Of a stretch of 64,000 nt of DNA, positions 20,074-30,566 are shown piece after piece (within the stretch, counting starts at the first letter, position 1; each line of letters opens with the position of its first letter). Below the pieces are notes generated by a model. The model was not told the origin of the DNA and did no database searches. It worked only from the letters and a program-made list of their open reading frames with translations. The position numbers and the translations under genes are program-made. This DNA is from an uncultured delta proteobacterium (GTDB lineage: Bacteria > Desulfobacterota > Binatia > UBA9968): positions 32,001 through 96,000 of the forward strand of contig CAVYTU010000005.1 of the NCBI GenBank assembly GCA_963771465.1, in the 5' to 3' direction.

Positions 20074-21087
20074 ATGGTGATTCTGGCGTGGATCATAATT
20101 CCTACGGTTTCGTTATCCGCTCAGCCACTGCAAAAAAGTGTCGCCATGATCGGCGCGCGCAGCGGCGCGTCTTGGCCGCTGTGGATCGCGAAAGACGCGC
20201 GGCTTTATGCCAAATACGGACTCGAAGTCGAGCTTGTCTATGCCGTCCATCCTGCGCCGATCGCCGCGGTGATCACCGGCCAAGCGGCGATGACGTCCTC
20301 GGGCAGCGATCCGGCATTGTTAGCTGCGGCCAAGGATCCGTCGCTGGTGGTGCTCGGCGGGTTCATGAACAAAGGTTCCTTCGCCATGATCGGCTCCAAG
20401 AGCGCCACCGATATGAAGCAACTCGCCGGCAAAAAGATCGGCGTCGGCCGCGTCGGCGATCCGCCATATCATATGGCGGTAGGGTTGCTAAAAAAATTCG
20501 GTTTCACGCCGCGCGACGTGCAGTGGGTATCCATCGGTGTCGACGCGGCCTCGCGCGCCGCGGCGCTGCAAAGCGGTTTGGTGGATGCCGCTCTGATCAC
20601 CGCGCCGGCGTACTTTCGCTTGCAGTCAGCGGGTTTGCCCGTGCTGGCGGTGTTGCTCGATCACGACGACATCTATGTTTCCACTTATTATCTATTTCGA
20701 CGGGATGCGCTGACTAAAGAGCGGGCGACGGCAATTGCATTCATCAAAGCCCATGCGGAAGCGATCAAGCGGTTCTACGATGACAAAGAGTTTGCCGCAA
20801 AAACTATGATCAAATACGGCGGTGCGCGCAGCGTCGACGACGCCAATCAAGTCTACGACTTATTCAAAAAGGCCCGCGTGCTGGAGCCGATTCCCTACGC
20901 GCTCAAAGGTTCCGTTGACGCGGTGGTGGAGCGGCAGGGTCAAGAACTCAAGGGCGCCGACTTCAGCAAGATGATCGACAACAGTCTGGTCGATCAGTTG
21001 GTCAAAGAAAAATATTTCGAAGCGCTGTTCGGCGCCGCGATCCGCGACGAGCAGCAGCGCCGGTTGGCGCAAGCGTTTGGCCGCTAA
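20074..21087 (+). CDS. NMT1/SsuA-like ABC substrate-binding protein
   Basis: PLWIAK..GL..KYGLEVEL; LAGKKIGV; start uncertain. Confidence 0.85.
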   Translation: MVILAWIIIPTVSLSAQPLQKSVAMIGARSGASWPLWIAKDARLYAKYGLEVELVYAVHPAPIAAVITGQAAMTSSGSDPALLAAAKDPSLVVLGGFMNKGSFAMIGSKSATDMKQLAGKKIGVGRVGDPPYHMAVGLLKKFGFTPRDVQWVSIGVDAASRAAALQSGLVDAALITAPAYFRLQSAGLPVLAVLLDHDDIYVSTYYLFRRDALTKERATAIAFIKAHAEAIKRFYDDKEFAAKTMIKYGGARSVDDANQVYDLFKKARVLEPIPYALKGSVDAVVERQGQELKGADFSKMIDNSLVDQLVKEKYFEALFGAAIRDEQQRRLAQAFGR

Positions 21088-21120
21088 CTCTTTCAGTCCT
21101 TCGCCTACGGTGAAACGGCG

Positions 21121-21327
21121 CTATCGATTGGGATTGTTTTGCGCGTAGGTGTAAGCGCAATACGCCGAGATGATGTGACATACCCAACCCAGCAGCCCGG
21201 CCGTGCCGATCCAAGCGCCCGGGGTGATAATGAACCAAAAGATCGCCCAGAGAAATTGGCCATTGTAAATCTGGCCGACCCCCGGGATGATCACGCTCAA
21301 AACTGCTGCTAAGCCTGGATTTCTCAT
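21121..21327 (-). CDS. Small membrane protein (NPGLAAVLS..IPG.GQIYNG type)
   Basis: Two hydrophobic helices, typical TM2/DUF5683-like motif. Confidence 0.7.
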   Translation of the reverse strand: MRNPGLAAVLSVIIPGVGQIYNGQFLWAIFWFIITPGAWIGTAGLLGWVCHIISAYCAYTYAQNNPNR

Positions 21328-21354
21328 TTTGCCGGTTCTCCGAATTATTCCTGA

Positions 21355-22350
21355 TCATTTTTTTTGCAACGACTTGAAGAAGCCTTGCTTGTCCAATTCT
21401 CGCAGCACTTCTTCGTTGACAAACTCTTGGGCTTTCTTGCCTTTGGCGTCGGCGCGGCTGTTCGCCAAGTCGTCGACCGCGACCTGCACGCCGGCCAATT
21501 CCGTGTAAGGCGGAAATGAAATTCTCGGCGCGTAGCTTTTGTAGGCGCTGTCGAGGGTCGCGTTGTCTTGAGTACGCATCCATTTCGACAAGCTCTTCTG
21601 TCCCGCGGCCGGATCGCTTTTGAAAATATGGATCGCTTCGCCGATCCCCTGCAGGAAGCCTCTCACGAGATTGCGTTTCGATCCTTGCAAACTTTTCGTC
21701 GTCATCAGGCTTACGGTGGGAAAGGAATCTTCCAGATCGCCGAGATCGAGTAGGATGTTCATGCCTGAAGCGCGCGCGCGATCGATAAATGCGCCGGTGA
21801 GCACAGTGGCGTCGATCAAACCGTTTTGCAGTGCGGCTAAGCGGTCGCGGCTGCCGCCGGCACGCAGCAGCGTGACGCTCTTGTCGTCGATGCCCCAGTG
21901 TTTGAGTGCCGTGGCGACGACGATTTGATTCAAGCCGACAGCCGAAAGCACGCCGATTTTCTTGCCGCGCAAATCCTGCGGCGTGCGAATATTAGGACGG
22001 GCGGCGATGCTGTAGGTGTGCTTGTTGAAATAGGTGCCGATGATGATGATATCGGCGCCTGAAAGATTCGCCGCGATGTGCGGCTGAGGCGCAACGACGT
22101 CGAACTGAATCTCTCCGCCGGTGAGCGCATGGGTCGATTCCGCGCCGCCGCGAAAAAGGATCGGCTCGACATTGAGTCCGTATTTTCTGAACAAGCCGAG
22201 ATCGACGCCCAGCCAAAGCGGCACTTGGTAACCCGAGATGCCGCTGTATCCAGCGCGAACGCGCTCTTGGGCGAAGCCGGCGTGTGTCGAAATGAGCCCA
22301 GCGGCGATTATTATAGCGATGGCAAAGCTTCGATAGAGACACATCGGCAT
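21355..22350 (-). CDS. NMT1/SsuA-like ABC substrate-binding protein
   Basis: Signal peptide; GLFRKYGL; DLRGKKIGV. Confidence 0.9.
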   Translation of the reverse strand: MPMCLYRSFAIAIIIAAGLISTHAGFAQERVRAGYSGISGYQVPLWLGVDLGLFRKYGLNVEPILFRGGAESTHALTGGEIQFDVVAPQPHIAANLSGADIIIIGTYFNKHTYSIAARPNIRTPQDLRGKKIGVLSAVGLNQIVVATALKHWGIDDKSVTLLRAGGSRDRLAALQNGLIDATVLTGAFIDRARASGMNILLDLGDLEDSFPTVSLMTTKSLQGSKRNLVRGFLQGIGEAIHIFKSDPAAGQKSLSKWMRTQDNATLDSAYKSYAPRISFPPYTELAGVQVAVDDLANSRADAKGKKAQEFVNEEVLRELDKQGFFKSLQKK

Positions 22351-22375
22351 CACCTCATGATTATGGTTCGTCAAC

Positions 22376-23876
22376 CTAACGGTTGTAGCGCGCTGGCAGC
22401 TCGGTTAAAAAAGGCGGCCGGCGTAGCCGCGCCGCGCAGGATGCATCAAGTTCTTGCGTCGAGCCGTGATCGATGAATTCAATGATCAAGTTTTGCGCAC
22501 AGTCCGAGCCATAGTTGTGCGGCGTATTGCGCAGGATAATCTGCCTACCGTTCGGCAGAAACTTTGATGCTGCTTCGGCCAATTCGATCGGCGTTGACGG
22601 ATCGATGTCGCCGGAGAGCATCAGCACGGGCAACGACGAGTTTATCGGCTCGAAGTAACTGTTTGGTAGTGAGGCTCGCGGCCATTCTTTGCATGCCTGT
22701 TGGTGTCGTCTTACTCGATATTCTCCCAAAATTGTTCCAGCGTTGTGAAGTGTGATCTCCGCCTCGGTGATATACGGCACGGATTCCGAACAAGTGATGG
22801 TGAAATAGACCCCGGTGGTAGCAGCGAAAGCAGTGTTGCCGCGTGATTGTGATTTGATTTTAGCGAAAACGCTCCAATCTCCTCGAGCGGCGGAGTTGAC
22901 CATCAACGGTATGAGCCTCATCGACTCGTGATTGTAGAGCATCAATCTTAGTTGCTCGGCAAACACGTTGCGCGAAAGACTGACCTGCTCAGTTACTTTG
23001 CTGCGTGGGTTGAAAAAGTCAAAAACCACCGGCCCGCCATCAAGTTTCGTGAGCACCGCAGCCAAGTCTTTCCGGAAATTGCCGTAAGCGGCGTTGCATC
23101 CGGGGTCGGCGTTACAGTCGCTTAGCAGACGTGTCATGGCGCGCTCCGTGCCCCGGGCGAATTGTAACGGCAGTTTTGCCGCCGGGGACGTTACGCCAGC
23201 GAGGGTTAGCGATCTGATTCGCTCGGGGTAGCGCCGGAGGTATTCGACCGCGGTCACTGTGCCGTAGGAGACGCCATAGAGATTTATTTTCTCATACTGC
23301 AACGCGGCGCGGATTTCATCGAGATCATCAACCACGAACGGTGTCGTGTAGTAGCGCAAATCTGCTTTCTCAGCCAACAGTTTTTGGCATGCGCGCACGT
23401 GCTCCGGTAGGAAAAGTTCGGCGAAGTAACTTTGCGCGTCGTTTCTTTGAGGGTTTAAATTGCATTGCAGGCTATGTGAGTCGCCGGTGCCGCGCTGGTC
23501 GACAAACACGAGATCGCGCTCGCGCCGCAGCCCCCGCATGAGCGCGTCCTCGCCGGCGCTCGCCATGCGCGCTTGTCCCTGTCCCGGACCGCCGGCAAGG
23601 AAAAAAATCGGGTCGGGACGTCGGCGAGCTTGAGGTGGCTGGCGCGACTAAGATATTGAGCGTAATCATCCGACCCGACATCGCCGCGCGGTTTTCATAG
23701 ACGCCATATTTGCCGCAGAGCAGATCGCTTTTGTGGTTGGGGAATTGGCAGGGGATTAGATTTATCCGGCGCGTCTGTTCAACCCGTGGCGCGGGTAGTG
23801 GAACTGTTACGCAGGATAGATTGAATAAAATAGCGAGGAGAAGAAGTTGTATCGAAATGATCGGCCGATGAAGCAT
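22376..23876 (-). CDS. Secreted alpha/beta hydrolase (TAP-like peptidase), frameshift ~23610
   Basis: FFLAGGPGQ across the frameshift, DQRGTG, GVSYG, SGDIDPSTP. Confidence 0.8.
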
Positions 23877-23904
23877 TCGCTTTTGGTGTCAGAATCGCGC
23901 TCGC

Positions 23905-24738
23905 CTACAGATGCCAGCGCAGCCACTGCGCCAGTGCTTTTCCCATGATCCATTCTTTGTCGCTGGCGGAAAGGAAATTCAGTGCTTCGGTGAACAGCGT
24001 GACGTTTTCGCCATAGGAGCAAGGCGACTGCGATAAATCGGTGCCCCAGAAAACTCTTTGCGGGCCGAAGCCGTCGACGACCCGGCGAATTTGCGGATGA
24101 AGCGTCGGATAAGGATAGGGTTCGTCGACGTAGCAGGGTAGGCAGGAGACTTTGACGCCGACGTTGTCTAGGCGCGCGAACTTGAGCAGCAGATCGACGC
24201 CCGGTGCGAGATCTTTGCCTTTCCACTGGACGTTGAGTCCCATGTGATCGACGATAACACGCAGGCCCGGATGGCGCTCGGCGATCTCGCCGATCTTGGC
24301 CACCGCGAAGGGCGCAAAGATCATCAGTGGAATGTCGTGCCGCTCGCAGCCGGCCCAGAACCAATCCGCCGTGCCGTCATCGAGCCACGAGTAAGTATTG
24401 CTGTGGCGAAAGCTGATACGAAAACCCAGCATGCCGGGCTGCTGGAGCCACGTCGCGAGTTTTTCTTTGCTCGCCGGATCGTTGAGCGGCACTTTGCCCA
24501 TGACGGCGAAGCGCTCGGGATATTTTTGCGCCGCTTCCAGCGCATAATCGTTACGATAGCCGTCCCAGGATGGCGGCACTAAGATGACGCGGTCCACGCC
24601 CGCGGTTTTCATTTCTTCCAACAAACTCTCGTAGGTCAGTGGCGTGGCTCGGTGTGGCTTGGAAGCGTCTTCTTTGACATGCCGCCGCTCCGGCGTGTCC
24701 GCTTTCCAGATGTGCACTTGGGCGTCGATGATGGTCAT
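23905..24738 (-). CDS. Amidohydrolase-2 family protein
   Basis: IDAQVHIW; VDHMG; FWGTD. Confidence 0.85.
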   Translation of the reverse strand: MTIIDAQVHIWKADTPERRHVKEDASKPHRATPLTYESLLEEMKTAGVDRVILVPPSWDGYRNDYALEAAQKYPERFAVMGKVPLNDPASKEKLATWLQQPGMLGFRISFRHSNTYSWLDDGTADWFWAGCERHDIPLMIFAPFAVAKIGEIAERHPGLRVIVDHMGLNVQWKGKDLAPGVDLLLKFARLDNVGVKVSCLPCYVDEPYPYPTLHPQIRRVVDGFGPQRVFWGTDLSQSPCSYGENVTLFTEALNFLSASDKEWIMGKALAQWLRWHL

Positions 24739-24900
24739 AGATGTTCGGCTCGGAGACTACACCGTTGCTAGCTTGAATTATTCGTGGTGAAACTGCGATC
24801 GAGGCGCAACCCTTCCGGATCGAAGGCAAAGCAGTTGTGCCTTGAAGATGCCAGCGGCGAATCAGTTATGAGTTCAGCGGCGAAAAGTTCAACCATTGTC

Positions 24901-24977
24901 CCGAGCGCCGAGCACGTAATGAAACGTTTGCGCTGGTGCCTTCGCTCCTCCAGGGTCGCACCTCGATCGATACAGTG
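24901..24977. repeat. Dispersed ~76-bp intergenic element, copy A
   Basis: Similar to 29112-29187; core tgccttcgYtcctccRgggtcgYacctcgatc. Confidence 0.7.
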
Positions 24978-25037
24978 TCATGAATTTGCCTCGATCTACG
25001 AAGAACCCGCGCTGGCTTGTCGGCAGGCGATGGTAAC

Positions 25038-26402
25038 TCACAAGCGGATAATGCCGCGTCCATCACGCAGTTCGACCTGAGTTCCCAAATCCTTGGATAG
25101 CCGGGCAATGCGGTCCAAGATCGGTTTACCTTCTTGGGCGTCCGCTAACATGGGGCGGCCCCGTTGGGAGCGTGGCCGGCCAAAACCCATTTCGATGGGA
25201 TGGATTTCGATCTCGCTCAACTTGCGATGGTCGAAACGGCAAAGCGCCAGCGCCGATTGCCAGAATTCACGCGTGGCCGGATGGCCTTTGTCGCCCGCGG
25301 TGCGGGCATCGAAAAAATCCGCTGGCGTGGCGTAGGGATCCAAGCCGAAGCGCTCGTAGTGATGCGCCGGAACTTGGCGCAGAGTTTCGTTCTGCATGAA
25401 AAAATTTCCCAGACTGTAAAAGACCGGCTTGCCGCGGTAGATTTCCACGCCCATAAACATATGCGGTCCGTGGATCGCCAGGAGATCGGCGCCGGCGTCG
25501 ACACAGGCATGGGCGAAATCGGCGACGAAGTCCGGTTGGGTCTCGATCTCGGTGATCCGTTCGGCGTGGAGCCAACTCCGACCGAGGGTGTCTTGATTGT
25601 GCAGGCTGACGATCACGAAGTCGGCTTGGCGGCGCGCTTCGCGGATCTGCCGCAAGTTTTCTTCGACGTCGCGTTGGTTGCACTTGGTGACGATATCGAA
25701 GGCTTCGCCCAAGCGGTAATGCTCGCCGCGAAAATCCAATTCCGTCTCGGCGAAGGTGCCAAGCTCCGCCGCGGACTGAAAGCCGCGTTGAATGTTGCGG
25801 CTGCGCTCGCCGTCGAAGCCGAGCGATTGCGCAATTCGCTGCAGCGCCGCAAACGATTCTTTATCGACCACGAACGTGGCGCGAAAACCGAGCGCATTCA
25901 CCCCTGGCTTGCCCTTGAAGTCGACTCTTTGGTGCGCGGCGCGGTTACTCGGCGCCGGCAGATGCGCGGTGGCGGCGACCAGCGCCACGCGCCCATTGGC
26001 GGTTTCCAAATAGGCCGGACTGCTGGCCTGCCTTAGATTCTCGCCGGTGCCGGCATGAACGATCTTCGCTTCGTCCAGATAACGGTTTTGCAGCAGCAAT
26101 CCTTCCTCGCCGAAGTTGAGCGAGTGACTGTTGGCGCAACTCACCATGGTGATGCCGAGCCATTTGAGATCTTCGAGCAGTTCGGGTTCCGTGACCATAT
26201 GGGTGCCGGTGCGCACTGCCGGTATGCCTTCGCCATAACGCAGCACGGAGGTTTCCAGATTGGCAAAACAGGCATCGGCGTTTCGCAGCAGCTCGCGTAG
26301 GCGTAGAAACTCGGGCTCGCGATAGACCTGCATGCCGCGCGAGAGCAGAATATCTCCGCCTAAGGCTATGCTGATTGATCCGCGTTCGGCATCGTAGGGC
26401 AT
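25038..26402 (-). CDS. CapA/PGA_cap family metallophosphoesterase-fold protein
   Basis: GGD, NLE, ANSHS.NFG, VSLH, HGPH, YSLGNF. Confidence 0.9.
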   Translation of the reverse strand: MPYDAERGSISIALGGDILLSRGMQVYREPEFLRLRELLRNADACFANLETSVLRYGEGIPAVRTGTHMVTEPELLEDLKWLGITMVSCANSHSLNFGEEGLLLQNRYLDEAKIVHAGTGENLRQASSPAYLETANGRVALVAATAHLPAPSNRAAHQRVDFKGKPGVNALGFRATFVVDKESFAALQRIAQSLGFDGERSRNIQRGFQSAAELGTFAETELDFRGEHYRLGEAFDIVTKCNQRDVEENLRQIREARRQADFVIVSLHNQDTLGRSWLHAERITEIETQPDFVADFAHACVDAGADLLAIHGPHMFMGVEIYRGKPVFYSLGNFFMQNETLRQVPAHHYERFGLDPYATPADFFDARTAGDKGHPATREFWQSALALCRFDHRKLSEIEIHPIEMGFGRPRSQRGRPMLADAQEGKPILDRIARLSKDLGTQVELRDGRGIIRL

Positions 26403-26421
26403 GGTGGCTCCGTTAAGATAA

Positions 26422-26453
26422 GTTCAAACCGTTCGAGTCGTTCAAATTGTCAA
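26422..26453. repeat. 9-bp tandem repeat (GTTCAA family)
   Basis: gttcaaacc gttcgagtc gttcaaatt. Confidence 0.6.
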
Positions 26454-26470
26454 ATACATAGCCCGCGCGG

Positions 26471-27946
26471 CTACAAGCCTCGGATTGACGCCGCCGCGCT
26501 TCTACCCGCGATCATGCCAAAGACCAAATTGCGCGTCTGACCGCTGCACGACGGATAGTTGTGGAAAAATAATCCCATGATGTCGCCGGATGCGAACAGT
26601 CCGCGGATCGGACGACCGGCGGTGTTGAGCACTTGGCCATGGCTGTTGATCTCGACGCCGCCGAAGGTGAACGTAATGCCACAGGTGACTGGATAGGCGC
26701 GATAGGGCGGCTTGTCGAGTTTTACCGCCCAGTTGGTTTTCTTGGGCTGAATGCCGACCGTGCCGCGGCCGTCGCGCTTGGTTGGGTCGAAGGGCGTATT
26801 TTCCTGCACGGCGTTATTGAATTCTTCGACGGTATGCTGAAGCACCGTCGGGTCGATGCCGAGCTTGGTGGCCAACTCGGCAATCGTGTCGGCTTCCGTC
26901 GGCTCGCCGTGAACGTAGCGATTTTGGATCAACAGCTTCAGTCCCTTCTGGTCGAAGATCTGATAGGCCACACCGCCGGGTTGGCCCAAGACCGTCCAGC
27001 CGGTCTTGGCGTAGGTATAAGAGTGTTCGGCTTCGCCTTCGTCGTAGAAGCGGGTGCCGAGGGTATTCACGGTGATGCCGAACATGTAGCTGTAACGATT
27101 GGCGTTGTTGCTGACTTCCACGTCGGGAAAATTCGCGTCGATGGGGCTTGCATGGGCGCCTTTCCAATGGCCGGCGGAGCGAGCGCCGAGCGCTATCGCC
27201 ATCTGCAAAACCTCGCCGGTATCATGCCGGCTGCCGCGCACTTTCATCAGGTCGGCGTTGGGGCCGAGATAGCGCGCGCGCATTTCAGCGCTGGCTTGAA
27301 AACCACCGGCGCAGAGAATCACCGACTTCGGTTTGATTTCATATTCGCCATCGGCGCCGCAGACGCCGACCGCTTCGATCTGTCGCTCGCTTCCCTTTAG
27401 CGCGGTCACTTTGGAGTCGTAACGGATTTCGATCCCCATGCCCAGCGCGACTTCGCGCCACTGGGTCAGCTGTCCCTTGCCGCCGCCGGTGCTCTGCAAA
27501 CCGCGGCCAGGCTCGAAGTAATAGCGTCCGTCAATGACGGCGTAACTTTGCGCGTCGAGATCGAATTTGATGCCGACCTCGCGCATCCAGTGGAGCGCCT
27601 TGTTCGAGTTGTCTGCCAAGGTGGCGGCCAGATCTTTGTTGATGCGGCCTTGGGTGACGCGATTGAGATCGTCAATGAAATGTTCCCTGGTATAGGGTTC
27701 CGGGTGTAAGGCTTTGAAAGTAGCGTCGTCGAGATCGGGCAAGAACTGGCGCATCTCGCTGGCGCCGGAATGGACGAAGCGAAAACCGGTGTGGGAAAAA
27801 CGCGCGTTACCGCCGAATTCATCCTCCGGCGCTTTCTCCAGCATTAATACCTTAGGCGCACCGGCTTGGCGCGCCGCCACTGCGGCTTCGAAAGCCGCCG
27901 TGCCGCCGCCGATTACCAGTACGTCGATGTCGGAAGGGTTGTTCAT
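26471..27946 (-). CDS. FAD-dependent oxidoreductase, tricarballylate dehydrogenase TcuA-like
   Basis: GGGTAA FAD motif, GGNARFS, GITFTFGG. Confidence 0.8.
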   Translation of the reverse strand: MNNPSDIDVLVIGGGTAAFEAAVAARQAGAPKVLMLEKAPEDEFGGNARFSHTGFRFVHSGASEMRQFLPDLDDATFKALHPEPYTREHFIDDLNRVTQGRINKDLAATLADNSNKALHWMREVGIKFDLDAQSYAVIDGRYYFEPGRGLQSTGGGKGQLTQWREVALGMGIEIRYDSKVTALKGSERQIEAVGVCGADGEYEIKPKSVILCAGGFQASAEMRARYLGPNADLMKVRGSRHDTGEVLQMAIALGARSAGHWKGAHASPIDANFPDVEVSNNANRYSYMFGITVNTLGTRFYDEGEAEHSYTYAKTGWTVLGQPGGVAYQIFDQKGLKLLIQNRYVHGEPTEADTIAELATKLGIDPTVLQHTVEEFNNAVQENTPFDPTKRDGRGTVGIQPKKTNWAVKLDKPPYRAYPVTCGITFTFGGVEINSHGQVLNTAGRPIRGLFASGDIMGLFFHNYPSCSGQTRNLVFGMIAGRSAAASIRGL

Positions 27947-27956
27947 CTGATTCTCC

Positions 27957-28964
27957 TTATTGGTAAAGTTTTTTGTAAAAGCCGCTCTGTTCTAATTGCT
28001 TGACGATGCGCGCGTCGATAAACGATTCGGCATCGGCGCTTTTCGCTTTAGGAATATCCGGAGCGATGAAATCAAGCAAGGTCTTGACGCCTTGCAGCGA
28101 TACGTACGGTGTCTGATCGAGATATTTACCCGCGTACAAGTCATAGGTCTTCTCAATGTAAACGCTTTGGCCGTGATCGAGCCTGAGTTTTTTGCGCAAC
28201 ACGTCGATGCTCTGGGCTTTGTTTTTCTTGATGAAGGCGATGCCCTCCGAATAGCCCCTGATAAATCTCGTCGCTTGATCTTCCGAATTTTTTAGATAGT
28301 CGCGGCTGGTCGATAGCGTGCTTTGCAGCGAGTAGAGTTTCATGTCGGCCAGGTCGGCCAAGGTGCGATTACCTTTTTCCTCGGCGATGAAATCCGAAGG
28401 CGAGGTCAATATCGCGGCATCGATCAAGTGTTTTTCCAAGCTCAGGATCATCGTCGGCGACGGACCGATTTGCAATATCACCACGTCCTCAGGCTTCATC
28501 GACCAGCGTTTGAGCAGCATGAGCAGCACAGAGTGAGTGTTGGAACCGAAGGCGGTGACGCCGACCCGTTTGCCTCGGAGGTCATCGGGGGTCTTGATTT
28601 CCGGCCGCGCCATCAAACGCTGGGTGCTCAAGTTCACGTTCGAAGCGACCATCGTTACGTCGATGCCGCGCAGCGCCGCGTTGATCACGCCGACGCCGCC
28701 GATGATCATGAACTGTACGTCTTTGGCGACCAAGGCGTTCATGCCGCGGGCCGCGCCACCGCCGATGAAAATCACTTGCGCATCGATGCCGTGTTTTTTG
28801 AATAGCCCCTTTTCCTCTGCGACCCAGACCGCCCAGTTAGTCGGACTGAGTGCGCTCAGTCCGACCCGAACGCGGTCCAAGCTTTGGGAATACGAGTCGT
28901 GGCTGAGCAAAACCAAAATCAGGCCGATTAAAAATGCAAGATGGTGGCTGTTTCTGAATCTCAT
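27957..28964 (-). CDS. NMT1/SsuA-like ABC substrate-binding protein
   Basis: WVAEEKGLFKKHG; DLRGKRVGV. Confidence 0.9.
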   Translation of the reverse strand: MRFRNSHHLAFLIGLILVLLSHDSYSQSLDRVRVGLSALSPTNWAVWVAEEKGLFKKHGIDAQVIFIGGGAARGMNALVAKDVQFMIIGGVGVINAALRGIDVTMVASNVNLSTQRLMARPEIKTPDDLRGKRVGVTAFGSNTHSVLLMLLKRWSMKPEDVVILQIGPSPTMILSLEKHLIDAAILTSPSDFIAEEKGNRTLADLADMKLYSLQSTLSTSRDYLKNSEDQATRFIRGYSEGIAFIKKNKAQSIDVLRKKLRLDHGQSVYIEKTYDLYAGKYLDQTPYVSLQGVKTLLDFIAPDIPKAKSADAESFIDARIVKQLEQSGFYKKLYQ

Positions 28965-29111
28965 TTATTGTTTTCTCCTAGCCCAGATTGTTCGCAATCA
29001 GATTACGATCGGGTGTGACTCTTGCGGAACGATGGCAAAGCATTCGTGTCTTGAGGATACCAGCGAGGCATGTTGCTTATGAGACCAGAATCGAAAGGGT
29101 CAAATAGGGTG

Positions 29112-29187
29112 CCAAGCGTCGAGCAAAAATGAGACATTCAGGCCGATGCCTTCGTTCCTCCGGGGTCGTACCTCGATCAACATTGTG
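29112..29187. repeat. Dispersed ~76-bp intergenic element, copy B
   Basis: Similar to 24901-24977. Confidence 0.7.
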
Positions 29188-29225
29188 CCAACAGGTTCAG
29201 TCGTAGCATGAATGATCCAGGCTGG

Positions 29226-30203
29226 CTACTTTCCGGCGTTAACTTGTCGGACAAAGCGATCGTCGAAAAATTGTGAAGGCTTGGCTGATTTCGCTTCGGG
29301 GATCGATTCAGCGAGGAAATCCAACATGCCTTGCAGTCCTGGTTCCGAAGTGACCAACTCCCGGCGAAAGCCGGCCTTCTTGTAGAATTCGTAACTGCGG
29401 TCGAGCACTTCTTGGTCGGTTTCCTTGGCGTATTTGGCGATGACTTTCACGGCGAACTGCTTGTCGGCGTAGAAACGATCGATGCCGGCGCGCACGGCGC
29501 GAAGCATCGGCACGAGCCGAGGGCCGAGCTCGTCGAGGCGGCTTTTTCGCACGACCAGGCCGACGTTTTGATAAGGCTCACCGATGAGACTGACTAGTGA
29601 GCGGAAACCGTCGCGTTCCATCTTGAAGCTGGCGGGCGGCGAGCCGACGCCGCCGGCGATCTGTCCGGCATAAAATGCCGCGACGATCTGCGGGCTGCTA
29701 CCGAGCGGGCGAAGCTGTACGTCTTTCGGCGTCAGTCCCAGTTTTTTGAGCGCGACTACCGTGCCGTAATAGACCGGTGTCGCCGGACGATCGGTGCCGA
29801 CGATTTTGCCTTTCAGTTGCTCGACATTTTTGATTTCCGGGCGCACGTAGAAATCCCAGATCATCGTATTCAGCAGTCCGGCGATGAATGTGACGTCGAT
29901 GCCGCGCAAGGACGCCGTCAACACTGGTGCAGCCGAGACCTGCACGACGTCGATCTCATTGGCGATCAACGCGGGGATTGCGCTGGTCGACTGCATGGTG
30001 AGAACTTCGATGTCCAAGCCTTCTCTGGCGAAACCGCCTATCTCTTTCGCCATCCACACCGATGCCATTGTCACCGTTGTGCTCAGGTAAGCGATGCGCA
30101 AAGGCCGGTTTGGGCGACTCTGCGCATGCACTTGCGGTGTCGCGGTGACGACCGGGACTAGCGAGAGAACTATTAGGAACAAGGCTTTCGGATATCCGAA
30201 CAT
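29226..30203 (-). CDS. NMT1/SsuA-like ABC substrate-binding protein
   Basis: Start MFGYPK after SD GAGGT; QLKGKIVG. Confidence 0.9.
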   Translation of the reverse strand: MFGYPKALFLIVLSLVPVVTATPQVHAQSRPNRPLRIAYLSTTVTMASVWMAKEIGGFAREGLDIEVLTMQSTSAIPALIANEIDVVQVSAAPVLTASLRGIDVTFIAGLLNTMIWDFYVRPEIKNVEQLKGKIVGTDRPATPVYYGTVVALKKLGLTPKDVQLRPLGSSPQIVAAFYAGQIAGGVGSPPASFKMERDGFRSLVSLIGEPYQNVGLVVRKSRLDELGPRLVPMLRAVRAGIDRFYADKQFAVKVIAKYAKETDQEVLDRSYEFYKKAGFRRELVTSEPGLQGMLDFLAESIPEAKSAKPSQFFDDRFVRQVNAGK

Positions 30204-30438
30204 TAAGTCACCTCGGACGACTAATCGCGAATCTAATGCACTCTGGTCAGGTTGGCCGGTAAGATAGGGCAGGTAGCTCCTGCCGGTCAAGCCTACTAGC
30301 GGTTGGCGGGTGGCCAATGTGCCTTGCAACGGGTGCAAATACGCTCAACGTCGCACAATTCGGTGCGCTGCCGATGGCCGGACGGTACAAATAGCTCCGA
30401 AATTTCCTGTTTGTTGCCACTTTCCGTGGTTTTATTCT

Positions 30439-30454
30439 GGGCACGGGCCTTGCT
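30439..30454 (+). promoter_or_regulatory. sigma54 -24/-12 promoter
   Basis: GGGCACGGGCCTTGCT, GG-N10-GC. Confidence 0.65.
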
Positions 30455-30566
30455 CAATTGGTGGCTGAGAGATAGACCGATGGAGCGGTCAAACAAGTCG
30501 ACCCGTTAACGATTTGAGGTCGTAACCGTCAATGAGTCAGGTGAGGACAAAATTAGGAGGTGTTTT

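Noticed and set aside
25164-26036. Long antisense ORFs (also 48249-49142, 57025-58230, 60162-61256 and others)
   Set aside because: Shadow ORFs of GC-rich genes on the opposite strand; no motifs
22376-26402. CapA gene as a capsule biosynthesis locus
   Set aside because: No capB/capC or export genes nearby
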